Shown: positions 48,124 to 61,432 of the stretch, piece after piece
Position numbering within the stretch: the stretch's first letter is position 1
Layout of the letters: each line of letters opens with the position of its first letter
Notes under the pieces: model-generated
What the model saw: only the letters and a program-made list of their open reading frames with translations
Database searches by the model: none
What the model was told of the DNA's origin: nothing
Source: Trichoplax adhaerens
Taxonomy: Eukaryota; Animalia; Placozoa
Assembly: GCF_000150275.1 (NCBI RefSeq)
Contig: NW_002060966.1
Span: forward strand, 502,650 to 566,649
Length of the DNA: 64,000 nt
Direction: 5' to 3'
Translations under genes and position numbers: made by a program

Positions 48124-48244
48124 GTGAGAATGAGAATTCAGTAATCCTGTAGAAATACGCTATCCAAATTGGAATGCTGTTAAGAATGCCATATAAGGTT
48201 GATAATGACGACGCATTAATAATCTGCTTGGAATTTCTTTTTAG

Positions 48245-48589
48245 CTCAATGCGATATCGCATTAAATTTCACCAAAGGAGAATTTCACTCCATTGATTAT
48301 CCTCAACATTATCCTGCTAAAAAATGTTCTTATACTATTCAAGCTCCTTCCGGTTATCATATTATATTGAATTGGCAAAGTTTTCACGTAGGATTGCCGA
48401 AGCAAAATGATCGCTGCCCCAGCGATGAAGTTGCAGTTTATAATGGCCGAATTAGTTTACACCAAGGCCGAGTAACAATGTGCGGCTATGATGGAGAAAG
48501 TGTTACATCAAGTGGAAATATTTTAACAGTGGTTTTATCTGGCTACAGCAATCGAAGGTATACAGGATTTCTGGCTAAATATTTCATAG
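48245..48589 (+). CDS. CUB-TM gene 1, exon 2 (CUB domain 1)
   Basis: AQCDIALNFTKGEFHSIDYPQHYPAKKCSYTIQAPSGYHIILNWQSFHVGLPKQNDRCPSDEVAVYNGR...CGYDGESVTSSGNILTVVLSGYSNRRYTGFLAKYFI. Shows the CUB hallmarks: four Cys, Y-P-x-x-Y-P, the GF...Y ending, and a 345-nt phase 1-1 exon. Confidence 0.8.
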
Positions 48590-49735
48590 GTAAGTTATTT
48601 TAATCCTCATAACGATATACACACTTGTAAGTATTTGGCCTTTCATTTCGTTTTGGAAGCATTGATGATTGCTTTGAAACAAAGACTGAGTATATTTAAG
48701 TTCATTTACATTTAATATTTCTAATATACGTATCAATGCAGAAGGGTGTGGGGTTTTTCGTATGGATTTTCTGTATTGTGAGCTGTACCCCTCTCGTTTT
48801 ACAAGATACTGGAAATTTAACAAATCAGATATATTTTATAAAACGGCTATTCTATAAGCTACACATACTGGTATATACGACTACAGAATTTTTAGAGTTA
48901 CATCACATAAATTGATGAACAATTTTGCGAAATGTAGCCATAATTAGCTAGAAACTGTGAGAATTACATTAATTCAAATTGTTCGACTTTCTAATGGTTG
49001 TTGTTATAGTCAATGAACCAAATATAAGGCCATTGAATATGTGATAGCTATCAGTACTTGATCTGAACCTTAATAGCAATGGCAATCCTTTCAGTATAAC
49101 AGTCTCTATTTATCCATTTATGAATGATTTTTAAGTTACTATTTAATTATCTTCTCTGACAAATTAACAAGAGCTTCATGAACAAATTCCAGAAATGATT
49201 TCGGCCATGCTCTATAGTAAATCCGGCCTTCAGTAAAATGATATTACTAATCTTCTTAGTATGCAATTTCTAAGAAGATTCAGCTTAACTTTTCCCTTAA
49301 ACATAACCACAATTGAAATAGTATTGCATAGATAGATAATAATTATTAGACTGCATTACATAGTTTAAATCGGTAACAATAAAGCGGATAATGCCGATCT
49401 GGTCTATTATGACTATCCCTTGCTTCACTGCTTTGGGTTATTTACACAGAGTAGTTTATAAATAATAATTGAGATTTACAGAGCCTCGTACATAATTGAA
49501 ATATTTGTAATGAAGCGTCGGTTCGTTATATATTACAGGTACCGTAATCTCCTAATTAACAGTATTTACTATAGCAATATACGGTAGCAATTTAGGCGTA
49601 ATAATTTCAGTATTTGCTAAACTGCATATCAACTTAATTCGGGTTTCAGTTAGCCTAAGCAAGATTTAGTACAAATTCGAGGATAATACAAATACTGTAC
49701 TAAATTTCGAATTGTTTTTTTTAACTTTATTTCAG

Positions 49736-50083
49736 AACGCATTAAATGTGCTAGTATGACCATAACAACAGATATTGGAATGCTTTCTGGCCCGCTAGCT
49801 TATCCTTGGGATTGCCTATATACGATACAGCTGGCTTCAAATCGAAATGTTAACTTTGAGTTATTGCATCATAACGTTTCATTGCGATCTAGCCAGTCCG
49901 CCTGCCTATCTTACGTTGCACTATACATTAACAATTTCACACCCAAGAACGAAATCTATCAGTTTTGCTTTGATCATATGTTTCCTCCTATGTATTCTTC
50001 GAGTTCCAATATCGCATTTGTACGATTTCGTAGTAAGGAGCAGCAAAATCCATTCTACGGGCTAACGGTTTTATATCGTTCAC
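49736..50083 (+). CDS. CUB-TM gene 1, exon 3 (CUB domain 2, divergent)
   Basis: ERIKCASMTITTDIGMLSGPLAYPWDCLYTIQLASNRNVNFELLHH...CFDHMFPPMYSSSSNIAFVRFRSKEQQNPFYGLTVLYRS. Phase 1-1, 348 nt. Acceptor tttatttcag, donor C|gtaagt. Confidence 0.7.
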
Positions 50084-50413
50084 GTAAGTTGAAAGTTCAA
50101 TTGCAGCAAAAGGTGCCATATTTACTCTCTAGTATTGTACGTATATAATATGCATAATTTTGAAGTTATAACTACAGGAATTTTTCAATAATTCAATTTC
50201 ATTGGCTATTAAATGAGATATAGAATAAAGTATAAAAGTAAAATTCTGATACATTTGTACAAGCAAAACCTCACAGCTATAGAAATTTAGTACAGTGTAT
50301 TTTATTGAATTATTTATTTAAAGCTCAAAATGACATTTTCTTGTGCGTTGCTATTATTACTAGCTCTACACTTTGATAGCATAATCCACTAATTATTGCT
50401 ATTGCTTTTGTAG

Positions 50414-50604
50414 ATTTTGTTACTCATTCTTCTCCTACAAAAAAAACATCGGTGCCAGAACATAACATAGCTGTTAGAATTGTCTTAATCATAGCTATAG
50501 CATCAGTAGCATTGACCGCTATTTGCTGCTCTGGATATCATGGGCGAAAATACTACAACAGACGTATTGAAAATCCTGAAGAAGTAGAGCCACTACAGCA
50601 ATGA
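50414..50604 (+). CDS. CUB-TM gene 1, exon 4 (stalk, TM helix VRIVLIIAIASVALTAICC, short cytoplasmic tail, stop)
   Basis: Acceptor gcttttgtag. A 19-residue hydrophobic helix is followed by basic GYHGRKYYNRR. TGA at 50602-50604. Confidence 0.65.
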
Positions 50605-52942
50605 GTGACAATAGCTATAGCTCTAGAGATGCGAGAAATTTTAACAATAAAGAAAGGCATATCAAAAATTTCTATCGACGAACTTATGGCAATATATCAT
50701 GATTCGGAAATTGACTAATGAGTAAAAATTTTTCATATAATAATGGCATATCACTTATGATGGTTTGCCGATCGAACTGATGGAGATTATACTCTATAAA
50801 ACAATACGGGTTTGCCTTCATTATCTTTATAATATCATTTTTGGTTTGGTAGTAATCATGTAAATGCTACCGTTAATTACTGACAGATTGAGTCGCTTGC
50901 TGCACTTCACGATAGGCCCATTTGGAAATATTTAAATTCTAGATTTAATAAAACTAGACTACTATATGCATACTAAATAGTAAGCTTATTAGTAATACAA
51001 GTACTAATCTTGGTACTATTTGAGCTGTATATGTAGTTTATAACAAGAATTATAGGCATGAGATTTTTCCCCAAACATAATAATTTATAAAATTATGGCT
51101 GAATTATATTATCCGAACACAATTAAGTTAAGATATCTAGTACTTATTAAAAGATATGAAAACCCTTTAGACTGTCATCAATTACTATGCCGGGTCTGAA
51201 AGTACAATAATATTGCGAATTTTTTTGTCTATCAACGGTAATTAAACTCGGCAAGTAGATGATACTAAATTTTGCTAGCATATTGTAATACTACTTACGG
51301 ATAATTCTATAAATTTAAACTTATAGTACTCTTTAAAATTTTCGACGGTAATTTTTAAACATGCAGATAAAGTAATATCATATTATAGAAAATAATTAAT
51401 ATCTAATATTTACCAGAATGCTTATATATGCACCTTATTTATTTATCTTATAAAACTAATCGTTGATGAAACATATAATAAATTAATCTAAAGTAAAAGC
51501 ACCTGGGTTATTCCAGAAGAACTAATAGACAAATTATATACTAAATTTTAAAGAAATCTTTATTATAGGATTAGAATAGTATGCCTTTAAGCATTATGTT
51601 AGATATTAATTACAGTTTTTATTCGACAATGTATAGATTAGTATAACTACGCTTTAATTTATAGCATTTATAATACTGTAGTTTCTTAATTGTGTTATTT
51701 ATAAACTCACTACTATATATTCTTATAGAGGGCAGATTGATAACTTGGAACACCAAAATTTATACTAGCTCTATACAAAATACATATAAAAATTTTTAAG
51801 AGCACTCATTCTCGTTTTACTACTGTTATACCTTAACATTGATAGTGATACATAAAATTTATTCGTAATTTTTATATGTAAAAATATTGACCAAATAGAA
51901 TCGAATAATTGCAATAGTAACTCATAGTGAGATAGCTCAATATTTTGCATAACCTGTTACTTCAGTGATGTCATAGAGTGAACTATTTATAACTTTACAT
52001 TCGTATTGTTTGTTTGCATACCTTTATTAAATCCAATAAAAGCTTTGAAAAAATTAAAATATATCGGCATGACAACGTTGAACGTAATCTGCGTTACTTG
52101 TATCCTATTAATTCAGGTCGAAAGAATGTGTTATATATCTGCTACTTATATTCAAGGAGGCCTTTTTCCTTCCTTTACCTTAAGGTGAGTTAATTCTGTT
52201 TGGGATTACGTTACTTCTGGACGTGCATGCGCATTCATTTCCGGTTCCTAGCTATATTATAATAATGCCGTATCATACCTATAGCAGCCTATAACTAACT
52301 AAAGTTTGTAACGAAAAAACTAAAACTGCGAGCTTACTAGTAATGATATTCAACTACTTTCAATCCACTATCATTAGAGGGCTGCAGTACCTGCACATCT
52401 CCCTTTTACTATTAGCTAATCAACGAAAGTAGATTAAATACCAAGCAGTCTATTGCCACATGAATATCAATTAAGATTGCGTACGTAACGTTACAAACAG
52501 ATACACTTATGTCATAAAAATATCTATTTAATACTCTAAAAATATAATAATTAACATTAAATTTCTAGTTGTCAAGTGATAATTATGTTACTGCTAGTTA
52601 GCGCAAGTTACACCTTAGGACAGAAATAAATATTATCTCACTTTGTCGACATAACTTTATGTCGCTTTTTAAAGGTTGCTTAAATTGCTTTAATTACATG
52701 TACTGCATTTAGAAAACTCTGTATCAGATTTTTTACCCTATTAGCTTAATCTTTACCTATCACCTATTCATTCACTACGGTACCCTTTTCTGCTTTTGAA
52801 TTTAATTTTGAAGACATGAGAATGATTTAAAATACTAAGATCAGATGAAAGTAGCTTATAAATTTTCTGATGCTGCAATATAATTACATTTCCTAACACT
52901 AATTAGGCGATTTTATTTATGTTTTAGAAGCAGATATCGAAA

Positions 52943-53000
52943 ATGAAGGTTGTCTTATTAACATTATTGTTCTTTATTACCATTGCCACGACCGTTCAGG
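52943..53000 (+). CDS. CUB-TM gene 2, exon 1 (signal peptide MKVVLLTLLFFITIATTVQ)
   Basis: ATG at 52943, donor G|gtgagt, phase 1. Confidence 0.65.
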
Positions 53001-53212
53001 GTGAGTTTTATAATTAAATAATCTCAATTAACCATTTTCTTTATTTTATTCTCAGTTACTCTAAGTTACAACTAATTAAAGACCGACAACCTTTGTATAG
53101 CGTTAGGACTAGCGTCATTTATTTATGGACTTTTCTCTCAGTCCGTTGTAGCTATGTTCTGTTTAATTTAATCATCGGTGTTTGAGTAACCTTTTATTTC
53201 AATTCTTAATAG

Positions 53213-53557
53213 CAAGTTGCAATATCACACTAACATCAAGGAGTGGCAGTTTTAAAAGCCCATATTATCCTCAAATGTATAATCGCACATATTGTTACTA
53301 CTCCATTTTCGTTCCCAGTGGCTACATAATTCGATTACATTGGCAGACATTTGATGTTGGCACACCTCAGACTTTCAGCAAATGTCATGGCGATAAAGTA
53401 ACAGTTTATAATGGATACAAAAGACCAGGTACTAAGAAAGTGGAGCTGTGTGGTCAAAAGAAAAAGTCTTTTTCTTCAACATCCAATCGTCTTACGGTTG
53501 TGTTCGATGGACGCACTAGTCGCAAATATCGAGGCTTCTATGCAGTTTATGATACAA
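53213..53557 (+). CDS. CUB-TM gene 2, exon 2 (CUB domain)
   Basis: ASCNITLTSRSGSFKSPYYPQMYNRTYCYYSIFVPSGYIIRLHWQTFDVG...CHGDKVTVYNG...CGQKKKSFSSTSNRLTVVFDGRTSRKYRGFYAVYDTS. 345 nt, phase 1-1. Acceptor ttcttaatag, donor A|gtaagt. Confidence 0.8.
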
Positions 53558-54429
53558 GTAAGTCTTCCTCTCTTCATCATCAACAAAATTAATAGAAATT
53601 ATACTTAACAATTTTAATTAAAACAAGGTAACACAAATTATACTATTTGTTCTGTCCTTGTAGTAACCCCTATCGTAATGAGCAGCTACTAATTAAACTT
53701 ATTCCAACAATTTAACTATATAGCTGTTATTTAGAATTTGACTTTCTTTGCAAGTAAAACTTTTTGGTATGATATTCGGCTTGGATTTTAATTGTAATAG
53801 AATTAATGCGTACTTTAGATACCCCGATGGCACGGTATGATTTTAAAATGATAGATTATTTTTTAAATTAGCAGCCAACCAATTTACTATATATTGGCCA
53901 ACTGCAGCAGGACAAATTCATTATTAACTACCGTACCTACGCAAAGATTTCATTGAAGCACAAATCTAACAGCACGTATTAATTTCGATGGATCTTAATC
54001 TCAAAGAGCAAATACAATTGATCGTTCTTGGACCATCTTTAGAGAACGACATTGCATCTAATACCTGATAGTAACAATTAAATTGATGCCTTACTTTCCT
54101 ATTTGATAGATTAATATCAAACTATAAAATCTTCCTGCTAACGACTGAGGGTCGACATTAAAGCCGAGTATTAAATAACAGTAACTTGCAATTATGGCTA
54201 AATTTTAAGATCGATGTCTAGCTTGTACTTATGTAGTAGGATAGATAGAATAACAAGGTAGCTTCCATTAATAATAATATAGAAATGCTAAGTTGTAATA
54301 GCATTTGCTTATATTACACAAACTAGATTTATATGGCTGCAATGCATGCTGAACTTGTTGATTGAATAGACAGAAATAGCTAAACTCTTAATTATTATCC
54401 GGCTAAAGAATTTTATCGCTTATATTAAG

Positions 54430-54606
54430 CTTTACCATCAATCACCGGCACTCCGAAGAGACCTGTTACTCCTTCTCGTGTGAGTACCTCCTCTTATATC
54501 TCCAAGACAGTAATTTTCAAAAATTCAACTTGTACCCGCTATCAATGGTACCATAATACACCACAAGGAAAAGTCCCCTACAAAACAACGATTACTTGTA
54601 CGAAAG
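54430..54606 (+). CDS. CUB-TM gene 2, exon 3 (S/T/P-rich stalk plus small 2-Cys module IFKNSTCTRYQWYHNTPQGKVPYKTTITC); 5' boundary uncertain
   Basis: Open frame TLPSITGTPKRPVTPSRVSTSSYISKTVIFKNSTCTRYQWYHNTPQGKVPYKTTITCTK. Donor G|gtaaat. Paralogous to gene 3 exon 5 (IFKNATCEAIEWYYNTPFGKVISRTSFSC). The acceptor is a best guess by phase. Confidence 0.5.
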
Positions 54607-55129
54607 GTAAATTTTATTCTTTGCTTCTTAACTTAGTCAATCACAAGGACGCATTCAATTGCTATTCAAAGATACAATTCTGCAGTGACTACAGGATTAA
54701 AATTGGCTAAAATTTCCTGGTACTGTTACGGTTAATTGGATTAAATTATAAATTCTAGTTTTTCAAAATCAATTTTCTCAGTATACTTATAATCAAGCTT
54801 ACTCAGTTAGTAAAAACTTTTAAATGTTACGTATAGCTACAGGATAAGCAATTAGTACCTTTGATAAACTTGAATAACATTCAGACCGATGATATTTCAA
54901 TCAGAATATGGACGATTTAAAGTAATAACAGTCATCGTACGATATAGTTGCACCCTTTACAACGTTTTGTTCGTCGTTTTAAGTACAAATTTGTTACCTG
55001 CGCGAGTTGCATCTTCAGCAAATTTCCATACAAAGCAAAACTATACTCAGATTCTACTGGTTGCGATATTAGTGTTAACGCTTTCTTACTATTTGTAATT
55101 ATTTTTGTGCTACATGATTTCTATTATAG

Positions 55130-55245
55130 GTGTGAGCGTGGTTACCATTATTGCTGTATCGGTTAGTATTTTCATTTGTGCAATAATTGCAGGAATTTTT
55201 TACACTATTAAAAGACGACGAGGACCTCATTTTGTTAGGCTATAA
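55130..55245 (+). CDS. CUB-TM gene 2, exon 4 (TM helix VSVVTIIAVSVSIFICAIIAGIF plus tail YTIKRRRGPHFVRL*)
   Basis: Acceptor tctattatag. TAA at 55243-55245. Confidence 0.65.
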
Positions 55246-55539
55246 AGCGAGTGGACCACATCAGCACATAAAATTTGCTGGAATACACAACATCCTTATA
55301 TACAGTTGTTTCCAATTAGCGGTAACAATTACGAATATGATTATGTTATTAGTGCAAAAGATGCGCCGGTTTTAGTGTCGTAGGAAACTACAGCGATCGC
55401 AGCATTTCGTTCTTATTCGGAGTCTTGTTAATTAATAATAGATGTTATTCGTAATTCTCGTTTACAATCTTCGGCTTCTACAGTATACATACTAAGAATA
55501 TAAGTATTGAAAGCAATGTAATAGCGATTGTCTATTAAC

Positions 55540-57010
55540 TTGAAGTACTAGTCTGCATTTGGGTAGGTTTTAGATAATGAAAATTCAGAAATTACTGTAT
55601 CCCGTAGAATTTCGTTCTAATGAGTTTACTAAGTTTAGTAAGTGGATCGATGTTATTCATAACTATTAATTGCGATCTTTGGATTTGTAAACAAAGTTAG
55701 AATACAAGTAGTTAAAACAAGACAATTCGCAACAGCAGAGATTTATGTTAACGAAAACCATGCAATAAACTATTTTATTCCAAATCGTCTGTGATTAGAA
55801 TTTGTTGGAGAATTCCAAAAAAGCAGATTTATTACAACATATTTGATAAATATCGATAGCAATATGTTTTATATCTCCAAAATTAGCGTAGAACTATGCA
55901 AACCGAAGCGTACACGTAGTTAAAGTAATGCAAGAGAGGTTTTTGTGAGCGAAAAACCAATAATAAACTGCTTGCATTCAGTATCGTTAGTGATTAAAAT
56001 TTGTTGAAGAATGCAAAAGAAGCAGATTTATGGCTCCTTATTTAGACAATATCAATAGCAATAGTAATCATAACCTCAAAATCAGTCTAGAACATTGTGA
56101 ACTTAAGGGATACAAATAGTTAAAGCAACGCAACAGATATTATCTTCTTTGTAGTGGAGATTATAACCTGCTGTTAGTGATGTTTGTTTACGATAGACTT
56201 GAAAATACAGTAACCACAGAATTTCCGTCTTATACTTAGTCTAGTACGTGAATCGATGTTGATCATAACTTTTATATGTGATTTGCAGCTTTTAAACAAG
56301 GTAAGTAGATGACCAGTTATAGCAACGCTGCAGAAATTGTCCCCTTGCATTTGATAGTCTGCAACTGGAGAAGTTTATATTAACGAGAATCCCGTAATAA
56401 ACCATTTATTTCGAATTATTTGTGATTTCAATTTGTTGGAGATTCCAAAGAAGCACATTCATAACACCTCGTTTAGGCAATATAAACAGCTATATGCTTA
56501 ACATCATAATAATCAGTCTTGAACATTGTAAGTATTAAGAATTGCTCCTTGGCGAGTAATATGCATTAATACATGTACTTCTCAACTCTCATGTGAAGAC
56601 AAGAAGTGATTTTACTGAAGTTGTACCCGACTTTATATAACATATCTACGCATACCATAGCCGTATGATACTCCCACATTGTACAGTAATCTATTCCATA
56701 AAGATAAATGCATCATAAACATCATAAAGTCATATTACAATTTCAACGATTGCTGGTAACATAGCTTTATTGCTTGTTACTCTACACATTTTACAACTAC
56801 TGACGTAACAGCAAGTGAAAGCAAATAAGTAATTAAAGCGACAAAATAGAGATTGTCTTCTTTGTGCTTGGAATGATAGTCTGCAAATGGAAAGGTTCTT
56901 GTCAACAAGTAGGCTGTAACAAAGTGTTTTATTCTGAATTGTTTGCGATTAGAATTTGTTGAAAAATTCCGAAGAAGCAGATTTACATTGCCCCATTTGG
57001 TTAATACTAA
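55540..57010. repeat. Intergenic satellite-like tandem repeat array (units about 200-430 bp, at least 4 copies) between CUB genes 2 and 3
   Basis: A recurring core t(g/c)(t/c)gatt(a/t)(g/a)aatttgttg(g/a)a(g/a)a(a/t)t(t/g)c(c/a)aa(a)agaagca(g/c)attta(t/c) appears near 55790, 55990, 56430 and 56950. Longer blocks (ttcgttctaatgagtttactaagtttagtaagtggatcgatgtt... versus ttccgtcttatacttagtctagtacgtgaatcgatgtt...) are shared between 55600 and 56220. Confidence 0.6.
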
Positions 57011-57889
57011 TAGTAATGTGTTTCATAGCTTTTTCTCTCCCAAATTTTGAATAATCTCAAACAAGTGTATCACTTATAGTAACGTAACCGAACAATAATA
57101 GTAGCCCATTAATTTGCTTATCTACATTAATGCCCATGCCATTCGATAAAATGAATTATACAAGCTCCAGAGTATGATTACAATTAACGCGGCTATCACA
57201 GATATACAACTTTCATCTTGCAGTAGTCAGCAATCCATCAAGAATGATATATGCACAAATGCATGCATGAATGGAATGATCGCTGCTATTTCACAGGCAT
57301 GCAACTATTAAAGTATTAGTTAAACAATCCATAACCATCATCAAATAGAGCTTCCTTGGAATGATAACAATTCTATCCCCAATAATTATGACAAGCATGA
57401 TGAATTGATGATGTCAGTGAGAGAATGCGCAGAATAATCTTTTCATCAAATAGAAAAAATAAATCTGTGGTTGGCATTCTAGTGGATATATGATCTTTGT
57501 TAAAGAGCTCAACAGGACTTAATTTTAGCGATTCATATGTTAATTAATGCTTGCCACATTGATCAGTAACGTCGTTATTATTACCCTATTGACAGTTATT
57601 AACGAAGGCTATACAGTAGATTCATTAAAGGAAAAGAAAAATTGCCGTCATTCTATTCAAGAAGCTCTCTATTAAGGCTAGGAAGGATAGTTAACGGAAC
57701 TTTTTATCTAAGTTATCAGGAAATTTCGTGATAGACATACGATTTGGTAAGTTGAAATTCTCTTACTCGGTTTACGGATTCCTTCTCAGTTATCATGATG
57801 CAACAATGAATAGTGGAAGATATTGTCCACGGCAACGATTGTGCCTTTGCTTATCAATTCGAGCAGTATCTTTAATCATTGAGCATAAC

Positions 57890-58210
57890 TTTTAGCGCTC
57901 TTTGGGAAAGTAAAAATTATTTTTAAGTCACAATTGAAACAATATCTTTCAAAATCTTCCTTAGCTACTTAAAGTAAGATCATGATGTAGTTTACTAACT
58001 AGTAAGGCTATCCTAGTAAAAGATAGAGTCCTTAGGATCGAACATGCTGGATGCTTGTCAACTCTAGTATCTTTAATTAGGCATTGAATATAAAACTTTA
58101 GCACTCCTTTAGGAAAGTGAAGTTTATTTTCAACTCAAGCTAAAAATATCATCTTTCAGTGTCGTTCTTAGCTACTAAAAATAAGACCATAAAGCAGTTC
58201 ACTATCTCAT
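57890..58210. repeat. local tandem duplication, unit about 210 bp, about 1.5 copies
   Basis: tagc(g/a)ctc(t)ttgggaaagt(a/g)aa(a/g)(a)ttatttt(t/c)aa(g/c)tca...atc(t)ttc(a)a(a/g)(a)t(c/g)t(t/c)c(c)ttagctact(t/a)aa(g/a)(t)aaga(t/c)cat(g/a)a is present twice. Confidence 0.5.
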
Positions 58211-59152
58211 GAAGCTATCAGATTTTAGTCTGGCAAATGATTTCTAAAATTTTAATGTATAGGTTACGGTTAATATACGTAAGTTTTTTAGGTGTAGAAT
58301 ATCATGGACAGAAGTCAACAGGTCGCTCGCTTTACATCATCCTTCGTCTAATTACTTGCCATATACGTCTAATAGACTGTAATTTCCACCATAAAATTAG
58401 TTTATTGCAATGAGTTAAGTCTTAATCATGACAACAAATTAACTTTCGTATCAAACTTACTGATCACTGCCAATTTCTATAGGTTTTTTATGAAAGAATC
58501 GTAGATTTAAACCAATCAAGGAGACAGCTTCGCTTATATTTCACAGCTAGTAAAATCTTATCAGGTTCCTTTACCATTAGTCATTCTACGTCAAACGATG
58601 CCTTAAATGATATATTACTTTGAAGAAGGTTTACAAAGGTTCATAAGTACACCTTTTAGGCTGTAATTTAAGACAAAGATAGATAGTGTCCTCAAATATA
58701 ACCTTTACAGTTTCTATTGCAAAGGATTCTGATGGATGGCAAGTCAAATTTTGAGAAAAATATGTTCGAAATGGCATCTTATAATGCCTTTTCTCATACT
58801 CAGTAAAAGCATATATGCATATGCTTAAACATCTTATACTTAGAGGCTCAGCAAGATACAACTTAAGATAGTAAAAGTAGATATCGATAACAGTAGCGCA
58901 AATTGTATCAGAAATAGTTTGTGGCTAGTATGCCGATTTTGACTGATTATGATAGGCTTAATAAATATCCATAAACTTCTCACTATACCAGTAATAACGT
59001 AATAAGCAAAGAAAGAACTAAAAAAAGACGCTATATTTTTATTTACTCTTATTCCTTCCATACCATTTTATCGATATCGAACTTAAAATCAAATTGTTTC
59101 TCTAAGAGTTGGATTCTAACTTTTCCCTAGAATACAAAAAACCCTTTCCGCC

Positions 59153-59207
59153 ATGAAATTAATTTCAATTGCTATCATAACTGCCATCATGATGGCCTGT
59201 GTCGACG
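59153..59207 (+). CDS. CUB-TM gene 3, exon 1 (signal peptide MKLISIAIITAIMMACVD)
   Basis: ATG at 59153, donor G|gtaaga, phase 1. Confidence 0.65.
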
Positions 59208-59350
59208 GTAAGAAGTTAATTACAAGAAATAATGCTCTTATTACATTGCAATACTTAATTTTATTTTTAGTCTATAGGATGATAAACTGAAATTATGGCT
59301 TACAATCGTTATAATACACTATCTATTTTTTATTTGATTGATGATGGTAG

Positions 59351-59695
59351 CTAGTTGCAATTTCAAGTTGACATCGAACTCCGGATCCTTCCATAGCCCA
59401 AATTATCCAAATAATTATGCTAGTGGAAAGTGTGAATATAAAATTACAGTTCCTAAAGGTAAAGCGGTCCAGTTAACCTGGAAAACTTTCAATGTTGGTC
59501 CTTCCAAGGTGAATAAGAAGTGTCCTGGAGATACAGTTTCGGTCTATGATGGCACTAAGGACAAAAATAATGGCATTGACATTCTGTGTGGGCAAGAAAT
59601 TCAATCAATTACATCGAGTGGCGGTAACCTGACTATCATTTTAGATAGTAAAAGCGACAAAAAATATAAAGGTTTTTCAGCTTCCTATACTACAA
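59351..59695 (+). CDS. CUB-TM gene 3, exon 2 (CUB domain 1)
   Basis: ASCNFKLTSNSGSFHSPNYPNNYASGKCEYKITVPKGKAVQLTWKTFNVGPSKVNKKCPGDTVSVYDG...CGQEIQSITSSGGNLTIILDSKSDKKYKGFSASYTTS. 345 nt, phase 1-1. Acceptor atgatggtag, donor A|gtacgt. Confidence 0.8.
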
Positions 59696-59998
59696 GTACG
59701 TGAATTCTTCTAATATTTATATATATAGATTAAAACCTACTAACAGATATAATTTAATTCTCAAGCCTTGTAAAACTTCTACATAACATGTATAATGCAT
59801 ACATATACCGCACATATTTATTGCAAATACAGTATATGGTACATTGCCTATAAAGTAACGTATGACATATACAGTTTATACCTAAATTTTTCTAATATTA
59901 TATTGATAGAAACCTACTAATACGTATAATTTCATTAAAAACCTTATATGCAGCGTAAATCGGCGACTGAATTTCTTTTATTCTCTTTAAAATCACAG

Positions 59999-60361
59999 TT
60001 GACGTAGCCTGTAATGGTATGACTTTATCGACCGATTCAGGATATATTGCCTCTCCCAATTATCCTAACCCATATCCAATTAATTCAAATTGTTTGTATA
60101 AAATACAACTGCCACCTAGGAAAGTTATAGCTATTGGCTGGTTAGGCTTTGATATTCCTTTTGGCCAACCATCAAATTGTCAAGACTACGTGGAAGTTTA
60201 TGATAAAGAACCCACAGAAAGCAGTAAAGTTTATCGCTATTGTGACCCTGGATATTATCCACCCCAATTTACCTCTAGCAGCAATGTAGCCTATATAAAA
60301 TTTGTTAGTTCCAGTACCAAAAACAAGAATCACAAAGGTTTTATTGCTTATTATCGATCAG
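59999..60361 (+). CDS. CUB-TM gene 3, exon 3 (CUB domain 2)
   Basis: IDVACNGMTLSTDSGYIASPNYPNPYPINSNCLYKIQLPPRKVIAIGWLGFDIP...CQDYVEVYD...YRYCDPGYYPPQFTSSSNVAYIKFVSSSTKNKNHKGFIAYYRS. 363 nt, phase 1-1. Acceptor aaatcacag, donor G|gtgtgt. Confidence 0.75.
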
Positions 60362-60532
60362 GTGTGTTAAGCAAACACAGTGCCTATATTCATAATAGTT
60401 AGTCTTTCGAAGTATATCAGGCGTGATTGCTCATTAAAAGCTAATGGAAAAGAAATTTAGCTGATGTATAGATAATTGCAAATATACTCGTTTTATTTAA
60501 TAACCTTGTAATCTACCGTCTATTAAAATTAG

Positions 60533-60889
60533 GTACCAGACAAACCTGCAATATCAATTATGGTACTGCGACAGGAGTCGTTACAGTTCCTAATGTACCA
60601 TCACTAGTTGGTCAAAATTTGGACTGTAAAATTAACATCAACGCGAAATTGTCTGATATAATTAATTTTAAATGGATGGAATTTGGCTCTGATTTATTCT
60701 CTAAGCCCGACTCTTGTCAAAATTTTATCGAAATTTACGGTGGTGACATGACTGCATCTAATTTAGTCTCGAAGAAATGTAATTCTAAAACAGGTTCTAG
60801 CGTCAGCATGAATGGTACAACGGCTATTGTGCATTATAAAATCAAAAATTATAACACCAAAAAAAACTTTCGCTTAGTTTATCAAGGAG
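60533..60889 (+). CDS. CUB-TM gene 3, exon 4 (CUB domain 3)
   Basis: GTRQTCNINYGTATGVVTVPNVPSLVGQNLDCKININAKLSDIINFKWMEFGSDLFSKPDSCQNFIEIYGGDMT...CNSKTGSSVSMNGTTAIVHYKIKNYNTKKNFRLVYQG. 357 nt, phase 1-1. Acceptor aaaattag, donor G|gttagc. Confidence 0.7.
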
Positions 60890-61309
60890 GTTAGCCATAT
60901 TATTTATACGTAAATAATAAATATTAATTAAATATAATTGGCCTCCAGTGTATATTTTTAAAATAATGGAAAGCACTTGATTAATATTTATTAATTTACT
61001 AAATTTATAATATATCAAGTGTTATGTCTATGATATTTTAAGATGATTCACTTAAATCTATTACTAACCAGATTGTAAATAATAAAATCTATTTCATATA
61101 TGAATCGTGCGTGGAATTCTTAAACGACTCGATTCTGTAGAAACTTGCTCTGATATTGTATAATTCAGATTAATTAAATCATTTTTTTAGTGCTAGATAA
61201 TACTATTAAATCCCATTCAATTGCTATACTGTCCCTTTTAGTAATACTCAGTTATTAGTATATTAGCAAATTGCTTGCTTATGATTACTTGGTTTTCTTC
61301 TTCTTTTAG

Positions 61310-61432
61310 TAACAACTGGAGTTTTACATAAAGAAATTATATTCAAAAATGCTACATGTGAAGCTATTGAATGGTATTACAATACACCATTTGGCAAAGT
61401 TATTTCTAGAACTTCGTTCTCTTGCAGCTCAG
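61310..61432 (+). CDS. CUB-TM gene 3, exon 5 (2-Cys module VTTGVLHKEIIFKNATCEAIEWYYNTPFGKVISRTSFSCSS)
   Basis: Acceptor ttcttcttttag and donor G|gtaatt. Paralogous to gene 2 exon 3. Confidence 0.65.
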
